Assembly: GCA_047495785.1 (NCBI GenBank)
Contig: JBLDXI010000035.1
Location: 1-64,000 of the forward strand
DNA length: 64,000 nt
Direction of reading: 5' to 3'
Source of the DNA: Lepidodermella squamata
Taxonomy: Eukaryota; Animalia; Gastrotricha
Within the stretch, counting starts at the first letter, position 1; every line of letters starts with the position of its first letter. Positions 46,636-60,100 of the stretch are shown here, piece after piece. Below the pieces are notes generated by a model. The model saw only the letters and a list, made by a program, of their open reading frames with translations, was not told the origin of the DNA and did no database searches. The position numbers were made by a program, and so were the translations under genes.

Positions 46636-46731
46636 TTTGCTGAGCCGCAGTGCCGGAATAAACAATACCAACCTGATTCTTGACAAGTTTAGGCTCAACG
46701 TGGGATGCGCTCTATTACAACAAAAAAGTTA

Positions 46732-46805
46732 TGGCCACTGGGAGGATCGAACTCACGACCTTCGCGTTATTAGCACGACGCTCTAACCAACTGAGCTAAG
46801 CGGCC
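46732..46805 (-). tRNA. tRNA-Ile(AAT)
   Basis: TCGTG-CT-AAT-AA-CGCGA. Confidence 0.93.
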
Positions 46806-46893
46806 AGGTGAAAGCAAAGGCCCCGCTTGGCGATTTGAAGGTATATCGGTGAAGGTGATTTGGGCTACTGATAGCAAAATGTGACATTCAGTC

Positions 46894-46965
46894 AGGCTCA
46901 GGGGGGGATCGAACCCTCGATCTTCTGCTTACTAGGCAGACGCTCTACCACTAAGCTACTGAGCC
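46894..46965 (-). tRNA. tRNA-Thr(AGT)
   Basis: TCTGC-CT-AGT-AA-GCAGA. Confidence 0.93.
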
Positions 46966-47042
46966 GACGTGACGTTCATTGAAATCGATGACTCGTGCCA
47001 AGGTTAACAGGCATAAAAGGTGGGAGAAATTTGCAAAATAAT

Positions 47043-47115
47043 TGGAGGATACGGGCGTCGATCCCGTTACCTCTCGCATGCTAAGCGAGCGCTCTACCAT
47101 TTGAGCTAATCCCCC
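47043..47115 (-). tRNA. tRNA-Ala(AGC)
   Basis: CTCGC-TT-AGC-AT-GCGAG; G3:U70 pair. Confidence 0.95.
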
Positions 47116-47431
47116 ATTGTTGATACTGCGTCACTCGGTATGCCAATTGACAGCAACTTGCTTCATTGCGCGCAGTTACTTGAATATTATGTCAATGCTC
47201 TTAAATCACGTGTGCCTCATGCAGAGTCCAAAGCAGCAGGAAAATATGGAAACGTGAAAGGTCAGCAAAAACTAAAATCAAAACAGGACTTTATAGAATC
47301 CCCAAGCCAAGTAATATTTTATTAGTATGTATCAAACTTTAATTTCGCACGCAACAAGTTCAAGCTGATTATGCAGGCAAACGGAGCCTCGTCGCTGAGA
47401 CGGCAATGTGAGATTCGATTTTTCGCCGTGG

Positions 47432-48903
47432 TCACTGTTGATCGAGATCGTCGTCTGAATGCTCGACAACATCCGTCGAGCTGGTTTTGTCTGTATCCCG
47501 CTCTTCGTCTTCTTCTTCCTCCTCCTCCGCCGCTTCTTCGCCATCGTAATCCTCGTCCTCGTCCGAAGCCTCTGGCTCCTCGTCTTCGTCATCCCAGTTA
47601 CCGCCGGTGTCGGCCACGATAACTCGACGCCGCCCGTCATTAGCATGGCTATTTGGAACCGCAGGCACTGCCGTTCGCTGCCGATTTGGCGGGGGCGGTG
47701 CCGGAGCCGCGGTCGGATGCGAGTACTCGAGCCGGTGCTGCGGGTTGCGCCGATAGCACCCGGCGCCGTATTGACACGGCGGCAGGGCACTCGTGTCGGG
47801 CGAAATCGCAGCCGCGGAAGCAGTCGATGTGAAATCGGAATCGCCCGGGTGGCAAAATTGAGCAAAATGTATCGGATTTTTCCTACAAACAAAAATGTTA
47901 TTTAAAAAAATCGAGATATCCAATACAATCGATAGGTATATCGATATTGATTGATGTACAAAAATCGAATTATCAACGTCATAGATGTCGATTTGATTGA
48001 AAAATCGATATTAGTGAGAAAATCGATCATTTAGAAAACTCAATCACGTTCGCATATCTATCGGAAAAAACCCACCTGTAGCATGATCGTCCGTAGACGC
48101 AAGGAAGCCGCTGTTTCGAACTGCTGCCACTACTGCTCGCAGTGCCCTCTGATGTCGCAGATAACGGTTTCACATCTAATGCCGAGTTGTTAAGAGACCG
48201 AGATGAAGTCGGGGATGAGAAATTTGGTGGCGGATCAACAGCTTCGGCTTTCACAGCATGATCACACGAACACGGCAAGTCATTTTGAGTTGCATTATTC
48301 TGACTCGAGGCGGCGATAGTCGACGATTGGCTCGGCTGAGACGCCGCGCCCAGTTTACTCGGCGACTGCCCGTTCGTCATCCAGTCGGGTAATTTACGTT
48401 TCGGAGCCGCCGCAGTCTCAGCTCTGTCGTTATTTTCACTCGAATGCGGTTCAACCACTTCAAAGAGGTGAGAATCGTTTGGCAGCAGTGAAAATCGGTC
48501 GTTTTCGACCAATCGAATGCTTTCACCGTTGTGAATCAAATGACGCTGCTTATCGCTTGATTTCGCAATGAAACACGGATTGTTATGGGTCTGAATATGG
48601 AAATTTTTTATTCGAATTTTTATGAGTTTGTTTTACAAAAATCACCGATTTTAGGTATAATTGGCCGGCTAAAACTGAAACTTCGCAATGGTTTCGCGAT
48701 ATTCGACGATCGTCGATCTGAATAAGGTCAATTTAAAAATCCGAATAAAATATAGCGGAATTTCTAGTACCAACTCTGACTTGTCCGATCTTGCCGCGGC
48801 CTATAGTGATCGCATCTCCGTCTCGAACCGGAATTCTCAGATCTTCATTCGCGTCACCGTCGAAATATTTCAACTCATATAAAACTGCATTCATATCTAC
48901 CAT
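47432..48903 (-). CDS. APLF: Aprataxin and PNKP-like factor (FHA, Ku-binding motif, two PBZ fingers, acidic tail), spliced; start at 48903 or 48894
   Basis: FHA-like ITIGRG; KRKLPDWM; CVYGRSCYR|KNPIHFAQFCH and CQYGAGCYRRNPQHRLEYSH; D/E-rich C-terminus. Confidence 0.88.
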
Positions 48904-48987
48904 TTGGAAATGCAACAAGATCAGTTTTATTGCAAAAATAGTAACTCAACAACGAGAAAATAGAAAATGTATGCTTTGACTAGAAGA

Positions 48988-50025
48988 TCAGAAATCCATC
49001 TTGTCTTTCGACGGTGAGGCTGAGTTCGGGTCAAGCATAGCCGCCAGGCGCCGTTCCAAATTCCGGCTACTCTGCAGAACATTGTCGAGATATCGCTCCG
49101 ACATGGCCGAAGTCACGGCCGCATTCACTTTCAACACCAGCGACTCGATTTGAGCAGCCTTTTCTATAAATAAGAAACAGCTGGATTGACCTGCACCCGA
49201 TTTAAGGCAGGCAGAAAACAAGTACCTGAAGGCAGAGAATCAATGGCTTGAAGAGCTCGGGCTAAAACACTCGCAACCTACAAATAAATGGGTATACAAA
49301 TAATTGAGCAAAACTATCTTCAAGGTGCGTTTCAATTCGGGTAAATCATTAAAAATCTCTTGAAAAATTGAAAATAATATTTTCCACAAAAATAGAAATA
49401 CAGTAGTTTTGCGTTAAGGCGGACACGACTCGCGCCAGACAACTTTGTCCGGCTAAATGAAAGTCCGGCTTGACGCAAATTTTTGTACGTGAAGTCCTTG
49501 GTACGAGCCGAGCAAAGTTGTCCGTATTAACGCAAGTCCGGCTTATTATCGTCCGGCTTAACGCAAAACTACTGTAGTCAAGCTCAAATGCTGCACTCTA
49601 TTAAAAAAGGCACTGTTTAGACGGTTATTAAAACCCTATTTACATGCTTGAAATGCCAATTCCCCGAATTTTGAATTTTGAATTTTCAGAATTCTCGACC
49701 AGCACTAGTCAGCTTAAGTCAGCCGAAGCTTCACTTTACCAGCGTGAAATGGCCGTACGACAATTTCAAAGTAGGCTCTCTTTTGAGCCCCTTTCAATTC
49801 AGCTCTTTCATTTTAGCTATATGTAACGCTATCTGATGTGAGATGTACTTTTTCGCCGATAAAGTAGCAGTCCTTGACAGCGTCGACGGCGCCGCGCACC
49901 TCGCCCTCGATGCGGCCCTGCTCGCGGCCCTCGGCCGTGCCCTCGCTCGCGAACTTCTCCTCCAGACACACGGCAGCGTCGAAGTCGCACCGCACGCCGT
50001 CGTCGTCTTCTTGTGCTTCGATCAT
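48988..50025 (-). CDS. LTO1/ORAOV1-like (Yae1_N family) protein, spliced
   Basis: DFDAAVCLEEKFASEGTAEGREQGRIEGEVRG has GX3-type repeats; short helical C-terminus ending in F. Confidence 0.65.
49401..49574. mobile_element. 174-bp Tc1/mariner-pogo-type MITE in an intron
   Basis: TA|CAGTAGTTTTGCGTTAAG ... CTTAACGCAAAACTACTG|TA: perfect 18-bp TIRs with TA TSD. Confidence 0.9.
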
Positions 50026-51161
50026 TTTTCTCTCAATAGCCCTAAAAACACGTCATCGAAAACGCATTGATTCAGCTCAATTTATCGAGGCCATCATCAT
50101 CGGAAAAATGTAAAAAAAAACACCCATCAACAACAAGCCGCCATGTTCTTTAGGTCTCGTATTTCATTCATTTTCCTCGCAAAAAACAGAAGAAAAAATG
50201 ACACACAATGAGCGTGTGCGACGAATAGCCTACTGGTACTACACCATCGCAATAATAAGTAAGCCTGCGGTCGACGGCGTCGTAGCAGAAGAGTCGCGCC
50301 AACTTCTCCATATATTACGTTCAATCAGCGTTTTTGGGGCATTAACCAATCAATCAAAAAAACCAACCGATTAATCACTGACTTGAATTTTGAAATCACG
50401 CGAAGAAGGTGGCCGGCGACTCTGCCTTGCGACTCTCTTGTAGTATCATCCATCGATCGAATAATAGCAAGAAGAAGTAGCGGAATTTACGATTTAAAAA
50501 TAACAATTAAGAACAATAGAATTTCTCAATATCATTTCATTCACTTGCATTCATTCACGATCGCATTATTTGAATGTGAATTTTACAACGATGCAAAATA
50601 TATATATATTTATATACGAAGCACATCCGGGATTCTTCGAAAATTTTCCAAAAAAATTTGAATTATTTTCCAATAAAGTAATAGAGCTAAGTAGTAATAG
50701 ATGATCACACATAGATAGCAAGGAGACACACGAAAACGAGTAGGAGGAGGAGGCGAATGTTATCATCAAACACACTTGTTGAATTCATCTCACTCTAATT
50801 CACTCATTAATCGACTAATTAATTAATTGATTGGTTATGTGTATATTTAATATGTATAAGCGAGTGTAGTTATCATTTTGTTGTTGTAGATTGAGTAGTG
50901 CAAAAAGAGTCAAGCGCCATGTGACAGCTCATCAACGATATCGCACGTGTACATAGTAGTAAGTCGAAGTATAAAATTGGACCGAGAATGTTCAACGATT
51001 TCAAAATTTTGTTGTTTTGACTGCCGCTATATAGGTAGTAGGTAAATCGCATGTGTTTTATCACGACGACGACGACTGGAGAAACTGTAACAACATCTGC
51101 AAGTAAGCGCGAAGACACTAGTTTATTTATATATATTTAATAATCGACAATTTAGCGAATG

Positions 51162-54100
51162 CTAGGGAAGCGGGCCTTTGTGATCTGAAGGCTCGCGGCT
51201 AACCGAGTTTTTATGACTAATGTTAATGTTATTGTTTTCAACGGGCGGCGCAGCGGCATTGTCCACGCCGCCGCCGTTGCCGCCGTTGAGGATCGGCGAC
51301 TCGTCATTGTCGTCGTCGTCGTCGTCGTCTTCCTGGTCGTGCAGCTCGCGCTCCATGGTGGCGACCGACGGCAGCGGCGCCGTGAACACGTCCTGCAGGA
51401 AGCGCAGGTCCGTGGCGGCCTGCACGGGCGGCCACTCGGGGTGCCGCGCCAGCTGCTGCGCGATCACCTGGTGGTGCGTGGCCGGCGAGCGAGACGTCCC
51501 GCGCCCGCCCTTTCCGTTGCCGACCCCGTCGCCGCCGTTGGCTGCCGTCGTTGTCGAGCCGTTTTGCGAGGCCTGGCGGAAGCGGATCGTCGTCACGCCT
51601 TCGCTAGTCGTCGTCTGGGCTTGGCCTAAAAATGGAGACAACAAATTAACAAGGGATCAAATTAATCAAGAATTAAACGAGTTTTTTCGGGCATTTTGGC
51701 TTTCAAGTATGTAAAAGCCCATCAAGATATTTAAAATGATCTCGAAATTCGAGAAATTTTGATGAAACTTGGCCAATGCGGAGTTTCAAATGATGCCATT
51801 TTCAAACTGATTCTAAATATAGGATTCTAAATATTTGAAACGCTAAAGTTGAGGTTCCAGCACTACATTTTTCCGATATCTCACGAAGAATTTGCATTTC
51901 TTAATAGATAGTTCAAGTATAGCATAATTTAGATAGTCTGCTTTCTAGACAGCCGATCGCTTAATTTCAAAATCGAAATTTGAAATCGATTTTTTATTTA
52001 GTATTTATTTGGTGCTGAAACCCTAAATTTAGGCAATCGAAAATGTACATGGCTAATTTTAGTTTAGCATGTAGCTCAGCAAGCCAAGTGAACAGCTGAA
52101 AATTTCTCAAATCGATCGTGATTAAATGGTTCCTATACCCTAATAATATAGTGTCGATTTGAGACTTCGAAGCATAAATATTTCTTACAAAATTCACTTT
52201 CGATTCGATGTATTCAACAACTCTGATTCGCGAGCCCGTCATCCGAGCTACGAAATCATTTACCTCTACAAAATCGAGTAAAGACAGCGAAATGGCTATC
52301 TTAATAACGCATTTTTTCAATATTTTACAAAATGCAAACAAAACAAAGTACTAACCAAAGCCGTTGCTCTGCGTCCACGCCTCGGAGACGGTTCGCGAAC
52401 GATCACCTCCGCCATACTTGCCGTTGACGCCAGGAGGCGCACTCGAGCGTTTCACACCAGCGTACCTGCTGTTGCCAGAGCCGGCGCCGTGGCCGCGGCC
52501 GCGACGACACAGGCAGGCGAGGAGGCGAGACGGCCACGCCGCCTCGATGACGGCGGCCTCGACCGTGAGGCACACGAGGAAGTTGAGCAGGGCGATGCCG
52601 AGGATGCAGGCGCGGAACTCCATGGAGGGCGGCAGCATGATCTGCAGGCCGTCCTCGATGATGCGCGGCGGCGACAGCACGACGACGCTGTTGAGGGCGA
52701 TGACGCCGAGCAGGTTCAGCACGAACAGCCAGTTGGTGAACATGAGCTTGCGGAACGGCGGGCCCTTCGACAGCACGATCGCCATCGACACGTACTGGAA
52801 GATGGACACGCAGAACACCGAGTAGTTCTCGAAGCAGTAGAAGTCCCGGTCGTTTATGTTCGCCTTCTTCAGCACCAGGTACCACGGCTGCTGCTGCACG
52901 AACTTGAACGCCAACACCTGCAACAAAACATATCATCATCAACATGTGAAATCAATTGCATCCAACGCTCGGTTCGATCTAAAAATTCTTAGAAAAAATA
53001 AGAGACCAGATAACCTATTTTCAGGCTTTACTGAAAGCAGTAATTCGCCACGTGATCACAAAAATGGGTATTCAAAAATACTAAAAGTGGCCGACTACTG
53101 ATTCGAAATTTGAGGAGCTTTACGGATTTCCCAAATGACTGGTCTTTTTCGGTCGTGAGCAAAGTACCGCCAATTTGGAAAATTATTCATCTCGGAATAC
53201 AATCAACTTCGAAATTTCAAACCGCTGCATGTATTTTTTATATTTTCAAAAGAATAGCTCGTTATCTCAGCTTTCTTTCGGAAGAAGAAATCGACATCCC
53301 AGTTATTTTGCCTGCTAGATCTGACTTTACAGGATTGTCCGGCGAGGTCAACTTTTTTCAAATTCGTCATAGTTTCCAAAGTGAGACACTCCGCCAGAAA
53401 GCAGCACAAATGTAAATTTTATTTCAAATTCTTGAAATTTTATTTTGGAGATCACTTTGATACTATAAACCACAATATGTTCAGTGAAATGCCTCTATTT
53501 TATGAGAACCGATGTTCGAAAAAGTAATACTTAGGTTGCTTCCGGGAGGAAGTTCTCAAATAACAAAGAATATTTTGGCTGTTTTCTGGCGGAGCGTCTC
53601 GGATATCGGAATTAAATTTCGCGAATCAGATTATAATTTCTGTTTATAATCTTTAAACCGCATTCAAGATTGTTCAAAGTAGCTATTTCCCTGTAATAAA
53701 ATGTAATAATAAATTCTCAAATTTTTTCATTCAAAGGGCTTCAATTTCTAGTTTTACAAAAATGTATCTGTGTAGTTGTTACCTGGAACGAGAGGTTGAT
53801 GAGCAGATAGACGACGAGCGACACAACGGGTTTAAGGGCGATGAGCGACTGCGGCGGGCGGTCGGGCACGAGGCTCGGGTACGCCTCGGTGAGCGTGAAC
53901 GTGAAGCCGAGCGACGTCAGCACGATCAAGTCGATGTAGAGAAACTCCCAGTCGGACAAGTTGGCGCCGATGTAGTAGAGCAGGCACGTGGTCGTGAACT
54001 GGATCAGCGAGTACGAGACCATGAAGCGGAACACGCCCGACGACGTGACGAGCGCGGCGCGGCCCTCGCGGATCACCGTCGGCACGCACTCGATGTTGGC

Positions 54101-57100
54101 GTTCTGCGACGTGAACGGGCTGGCGACGCTCGCTTCCGCCTCCGACAGCGAGATGCCGGCGTGCGCCGTTTTCAACGCGCCGCAGTCGTTGGCGCCGTCG
54201 CCGCACATCGCCACGTAGTAGCCGAGGTCCTGCAGCGACTCGATGAGCTGCTGCTTCTGCGTGGGCGTGAAGCGCGCGAACACGGTGCCGCGGACGACGA
54301 GGCGCGGCACGTACTCGGGGAAGTGCTCGCGCACCACCGACCACGTCTTGCCCGTCATCGCGAAGTGCACGTTCTGCGACGCGCCGTTCGCCTGGCTGCC
54401 GCCGCACTCGACCATGACGCCCGTCTCGTCGATGCCCGGGTCGGCCGTGACCAGCGTCTTCAGCCGCTGCGTCCGCCGGCTCGACACGTCCGGCGTCAGC
54501 ACGAATTCTATGCTTGGCTGCGAGTTCGGATCGTTGGCCGCCGGCGGTTGGGCATTCACCAGTATCACCTGAGAAAATGAATCACAAACAAATTATAGCA
54601 CAAATCGATAATGTAAGAGCTTTTATTCGCATTAAATGAGTTTTCTGAATTTACTCGAAGCTGACTTGAATTTTAACGATTCTATCAAATTTTACCATGA
54701 AAATTCTATTCATCTCTCCGATTTTGAGCAACTGAGCAAAGCGGCTCAAATTTTCTGGAAAAGCGCCTCTTGAAATCAGCCGTTAAAATTCATTCCGATA
54801 TCTTTGCGAAATGAAGTGCAAATCGATAAATATCTCATTAAGAATTAATTTATGCGAAGAGATCTCGAGTTGCTCGGAACGAAGCCAACAAGTGAGAAAA
54901 CGAGTTGAAATGTATTTTATTAACACTTCAACCTAAATTCGGATTTGATTAAAACTTGTTTTTCTATTCATCACCCCACTTCGATTTTGGGCTAATTTTC
55001 ATAGCAACAGCTCAAAATGAGTGCTTTGAAAATAGAAATAACTGAATTGAAAGGCCGGAATAGGGGTCAAAACATGTAATGAAAGGCTGAATATTCGATT
55101 AAATCACATCGTTGATAAAAAAGATGTATCCCGTTGCTCCGGAATAAAACAACGCAAATTCATATATTTTCGGAGGACTATTTTGTTCGAATTATTTTTG
55201 CTTGATTTGAATCAAGGGAATTCATGAAGGTGCGAATTTACAAAACAAAGACCCTAAATTCACTCCAAAATGGCACCAAATTACGCATAAAATTACCAAA
55301 TTTACACGCTAAACCTCGCCTTAAAAATATCAAATTTTTTTGTCATTTTGCAGTTTTTTGCGTAGAATATTTCGAAGGATAACGTAATTTCAGCCGTAAT
55401 AGACGAGTTGAAACTCGGTGATTTGCTTACCTGGTCAGCGTCGTCGATGAGGCCGCAGTCGCGTGCGACACTGAGCGCCGTCAGCGTGTTGTCGCCCGTG
55501 ACCATGAGACAGCGCAGGTTGGCGTCGCGCAGCTTGGCGATGACGGGCGCCGTCTGCGGCTTCAGCCGGTTCTCCATGATGAGCAGGCCGAGGAACTCGA
55601 GCCCGTTCTCGACCTGCTGCCGTTCGACGCGCTGCGTCTTCGCGTAGCTCATGCCAGGCAGGTACTTGCAGGCGAGGCCAAGCACGCGGTAGCCCTGCTG
55701 CGTGTACTGCACCAGTTCGGCGCTGAAGTCGCGCGGCACCGTGTGCGGCTGGCACAACGCCACCACAACCTCAGGAGCGCCTGTTCATTCGTGAAAAAAT
55801 ATTCGTAATTAATTATTAGCAACGTCATCAACAACATAAAGAACGTAAGGGTCCGGGTTTCGCGCCAAAATTTAAAAACCTAATGTCAGAGTATTCTCTC
55901 TTACAAAATTCGATTTTAAATAAATGTATATTGAAGAATAAAAAATATATTTACTTATTGATGAAGAAATTATTTTAATTAAAATAAGTTCAAAATTAAA
56001 TTAGCGGTCGTTTTACACACATCGCCTACGAGTCCTCCCGTCTGTCGTCCGTCCCTGCACCTGGCTCCTGACCGGTTTGATGCGTTCATCCTATTGCTAT
56101 CAAATGTTTTTTCAATTGTAGTGTTTTAATGGGACCAAAGCGTGTCACATTAACCGTGCAAGGAGAAAGGCAAAGGAGAAACCGGAGAAACGCAGGTATG
56201 ACACCGTTTCTGACATAACAGCTGCTTAACTGTTCGTGTAGCCCAAGGTCCTGAAATTCATGCTGAAAGAGGTCGAGGTCGCGGTCGCGGACGAGGAAGA
56301 AGTGCTCCAGGTTATTTTTTCTTAATCACTCATCACTCCTCAGTTCTCAGGATTACTTTTTTCAGAGGAATCCACAGCTGGAGAAGGTGATGCCTCTATC
56401 AGAAACAGAGGAAGAGCGAGTAGTACAGGTACGTAATGGAACCATTTCTTCATTCGCCTTACGGCTTCTTTCCAGTCCACATCCCACAAGTTTCCACTCA
56501 TGTTAGACTTGATGTCAGAGGCGCCGTTGAACCTACAACTCCAAACACCAATCTTCAAGGTATGAGAAGCATTCACTGTTTTAGATGTAGTACTTGAGAA
56601 ATCGTTATTTGAAGCCCTTAGAAGCCCTGCTCCTACTGTGCCGCGCAACACCTTTGTTGACATTGCCGGACCGTCATACGCGTCTCCAAGTGTTCTCGGT
56701 GGGTGTTTCCATCTTGGTTCTCCTCAAGTACTTAATTTTCATGTTACTAAGGAGTCAAAAGATCCGCTCTACCATTGATAGCTACTCCGTTGTCTGTTCT
56801 GCCGAAGAGACCGAGGTTGCTCGGACAACCTGTTGATGTCTCGAGAAGTATGCGTTATTTCGCTGAGGTTATTTTTATGCAATGTCTGTTACATTAGCGC
56901 CTTCACTGATTCAGCCTCGCCAGTCATCTCCTGCGGTTTTAACGCCGGTGGGTCTTAGAACGCCCCAGGCTGTTGCAGAGTCTCACTTCTTGAGCCCCGA
57001 CCTCAACATCCATCTTCTATCTCGCTTGCAACAAAACGCATTAAGCCAAGATCTGCTGCTTAGTTTTCCTCAAGAAGTAGAGGAGAATCCTCCTGATCCG

Positions 57101-60100
57101 GAAGACGTGATTGATCCCGATGATGACGAAGAACCAGATGTCGTGGACGCAAGAAAGAAGACCCACCGAGCTGCCCGGAAGCCATACAACGAAAGTGCAG
57201 TGAAGCAAAATGACCTCGGCTCTATGAACCAAGTGTGTTCAAACTGCGGCGCCAAATTTTTCCTGGCCGAGAAAACTTCTGGGTCTAAAGCTCAGCCGAA
57301 ATACTCAAGATGCTGCAATCATGGCAAGGTTAATAATTTTTGCATTGCTTATACTATGTGTTCACCGTTGAGATATTTAGGTCAAGCTACCGGAGATTGA
57401 ACCGCCGCCACAGTTACTTAAGAGACTGCTAACTGCAAGCGACGAAGATGCTAAAGATTTCCGGCAAAATATCAGGGCCTACAACAATGTTCTTGCATTC
57501 ACTTCACTTGGATGTGCGGGACTCGATAAGACAGTTACGCATGGTCGACTGGGCGCGTTCACGTTTCGAATGTGCGGAGAAATGCGGCATTACCACGGCC
57601 CGCTATTACCGAATGATAATCAACTGCCTAAATTTGCTCAGCTCTACATTTACGATGTAAATAATGAGTTGAATAACAGGCTTCAGCATATGCCATCACT
57701 AAATCGTGCGGTGCTGTCTTCTCTACAGTCTTTGATGCATGACGTTAATCCTTATGTTGGACTCTATAAAATGGCTTTCGAAATTCTCAACTCAAGATCT
57801 GACAACGTCAGCGTGCTACTTCGTTCTCATCCTTCCGTTGACCGACGACGCTACAATTTGCCTCAAACCGGAGAACTTGCTGTTATCGTACCCACGTCCT
57901 CGGAAAGCGAGATGAAGTACCGAGATATCGTAATGCATCTGCGATCGGGGGTTTTGACTCGCATCAATGAGCTCAGCCCTCATTACGATCCCTTGCGGTA
58001 TGTGTTGATGTTTGCTCAAGGTCAAGCGGGGTATTCGTTGGGTATACCTAATGCTCATGATTCCGGAACCCTTACGGCGATGGACTATTACTGTTACCGC
58101 ATTCATATTCGCGATGGTTGGATGCATCGATGTGGCAGACTGTTTCATGAGTACATAGTTGATCAGTACGTGAAGATAGAAGGCGCTCGGTTACTGTACC
58201 ACAAGCTCAATCAAGACCAGCTACGTAGCGATGTCGTTCGAGGTTTAACAGACGCAATGTCTGCCGGTGAGGTCGATCCTTCAAAAATTGGCAAGCGAAT
58301 TGTCTTACCGTCGTCATTTGTTGGTGGACCGCGTTTCATGTTCCAACTATATCAGGATTCAATGTCAATAGTCCGACATTTCGGCAAACCTGATCTATTC
58401 GTGACTTTCACGTGTAATCCTAAATGGCAAGAAATACAAAGAGAGCTCAGACCCAACGAAACAGCTGCTGATCGTCCCGATTTGGTTGTGCGCGTCTTTC
58501 AGATGAAGCTAAAAGAACTTTTCGATCAAATATTAGTCAAGCAAGTTCTTGGTAAAGTCGCAGCGCATATTTATGTGATCGAATTCCAAAAGCGCGGATT
58601 GCCGCACGCTCACATTCTCCTCATCATGAAAGATTGCGATAAACCGAAGACTGAAGAGGACATAGACAGCTTGGTTTGTGCTGAAATTCCTGACGAGCAG
58701 GCTTCGCCGAGACTATTCAAAACAGTCACCTCCTGTATGATGCACGGTCCATGTGGTTCCGAATTTCCTAATTCCCCGTGTATGGAGGGCGGACGATGCA
58801 CGAAGAACTTTCCTAAGCGTTTCTGTGAATCGACCTCTGCCGAACGTGACGGCTATCCCGAGTACCGACGCCGAGACAATGGCAGACGTGCGAAATCGAA
58901 AAGCAATATTGAACTCGACAACCGATGGGTTGTACCCTACAATCCATTTCTTTCATCAATGTTTGACGCTCACATCAATGTCGAAGTGTGTAGCACCCTG
59001 TCGGCCGTTAAATACCTGTACAAATATGTGTACAAAGGTAATTTATCGTATTCCTTTGATAGCAAAATTTGAATGTTTATGACTTTTTCCAGGTCATGAT
59101 AAAGCACTCTTCACATTGCGATCTGCTATCGACGATCCCGAAACTATCGATGAAATCAAGCGTTTCGTGGACGCCCGGTATATATCTACATCTGAAGCCT
59201 GTTGGCGAATTTTCGGTTACTCCTTACACCGAGAAAACCCTGCGGTTTATCGATTAGCGCTTCATCTCCCCGATAACCAAGCAGTTTTCTTCCGCGCGAA
59301 TGAAAACCTAAACAACATTCCAAGTCATCGACTACGTACGACATTGACTGCGTTTTTCGATTTGTGTCGGAACGACCCCTTTGCAAGAACATACACTTAT
59401 CCCGAGGTGTCGTGGCATTACCGCTGGGATGGCAAGCATCGACAGTGGCTGAAGAGGCAGCGTGGTGTCGGATGTGTCGGCCGAATTTTCACTGCTCACC
59501 CTAATCAAGGTGAACTGTACTGCCTGCGCTTGCTTCTACATCATGTGAAGGGGCCGTTATCCTTCGACCATCTAAAAACAGTCAACGGTGTCAAACTGGA
59601 CTCCTTTCGCGCGGCGTGCAAGGCTTTAAATTTGGTGGAGAGTGAAGATGAGTCACGCGCTTGCCTTCTTGAGGCCCGCACTCATGCAATGCCCCCAGCT
59701 CTTCGACAACTTTTCTCAACAATCCTTCTGTATTGCTTACCGTCAGAGCCCGAGGCATTGTGGCAGGAATTCAAAGCGGATTTGTGCCACGACTTTTTGA
59801 GAACGATCGGTGTTAGTGCGGAGGAAGCCGAAAATCGTGCTTTGCTTGACATCGAGTCACATCTCTCTTCGCAAGGACGGACTCTGGCTGATTTCCCAAA
59901 AATGCCGCTTTGTCATGTCGTGGAAAATGTGCCACGTGTCATTCGGGAACATACCGCTTTCGACATTCCTACCCTGGCTGCTCAGGCACTGGAAGCTAAA
60001 AATGCGATGAATGCCGAACAGCGAACCGCTTTCGACCTGATTGTTGACAGCGCCGTCAACAAACTTGGACGCATGTATATGTTGTTGGGGTTCGGAGGGT

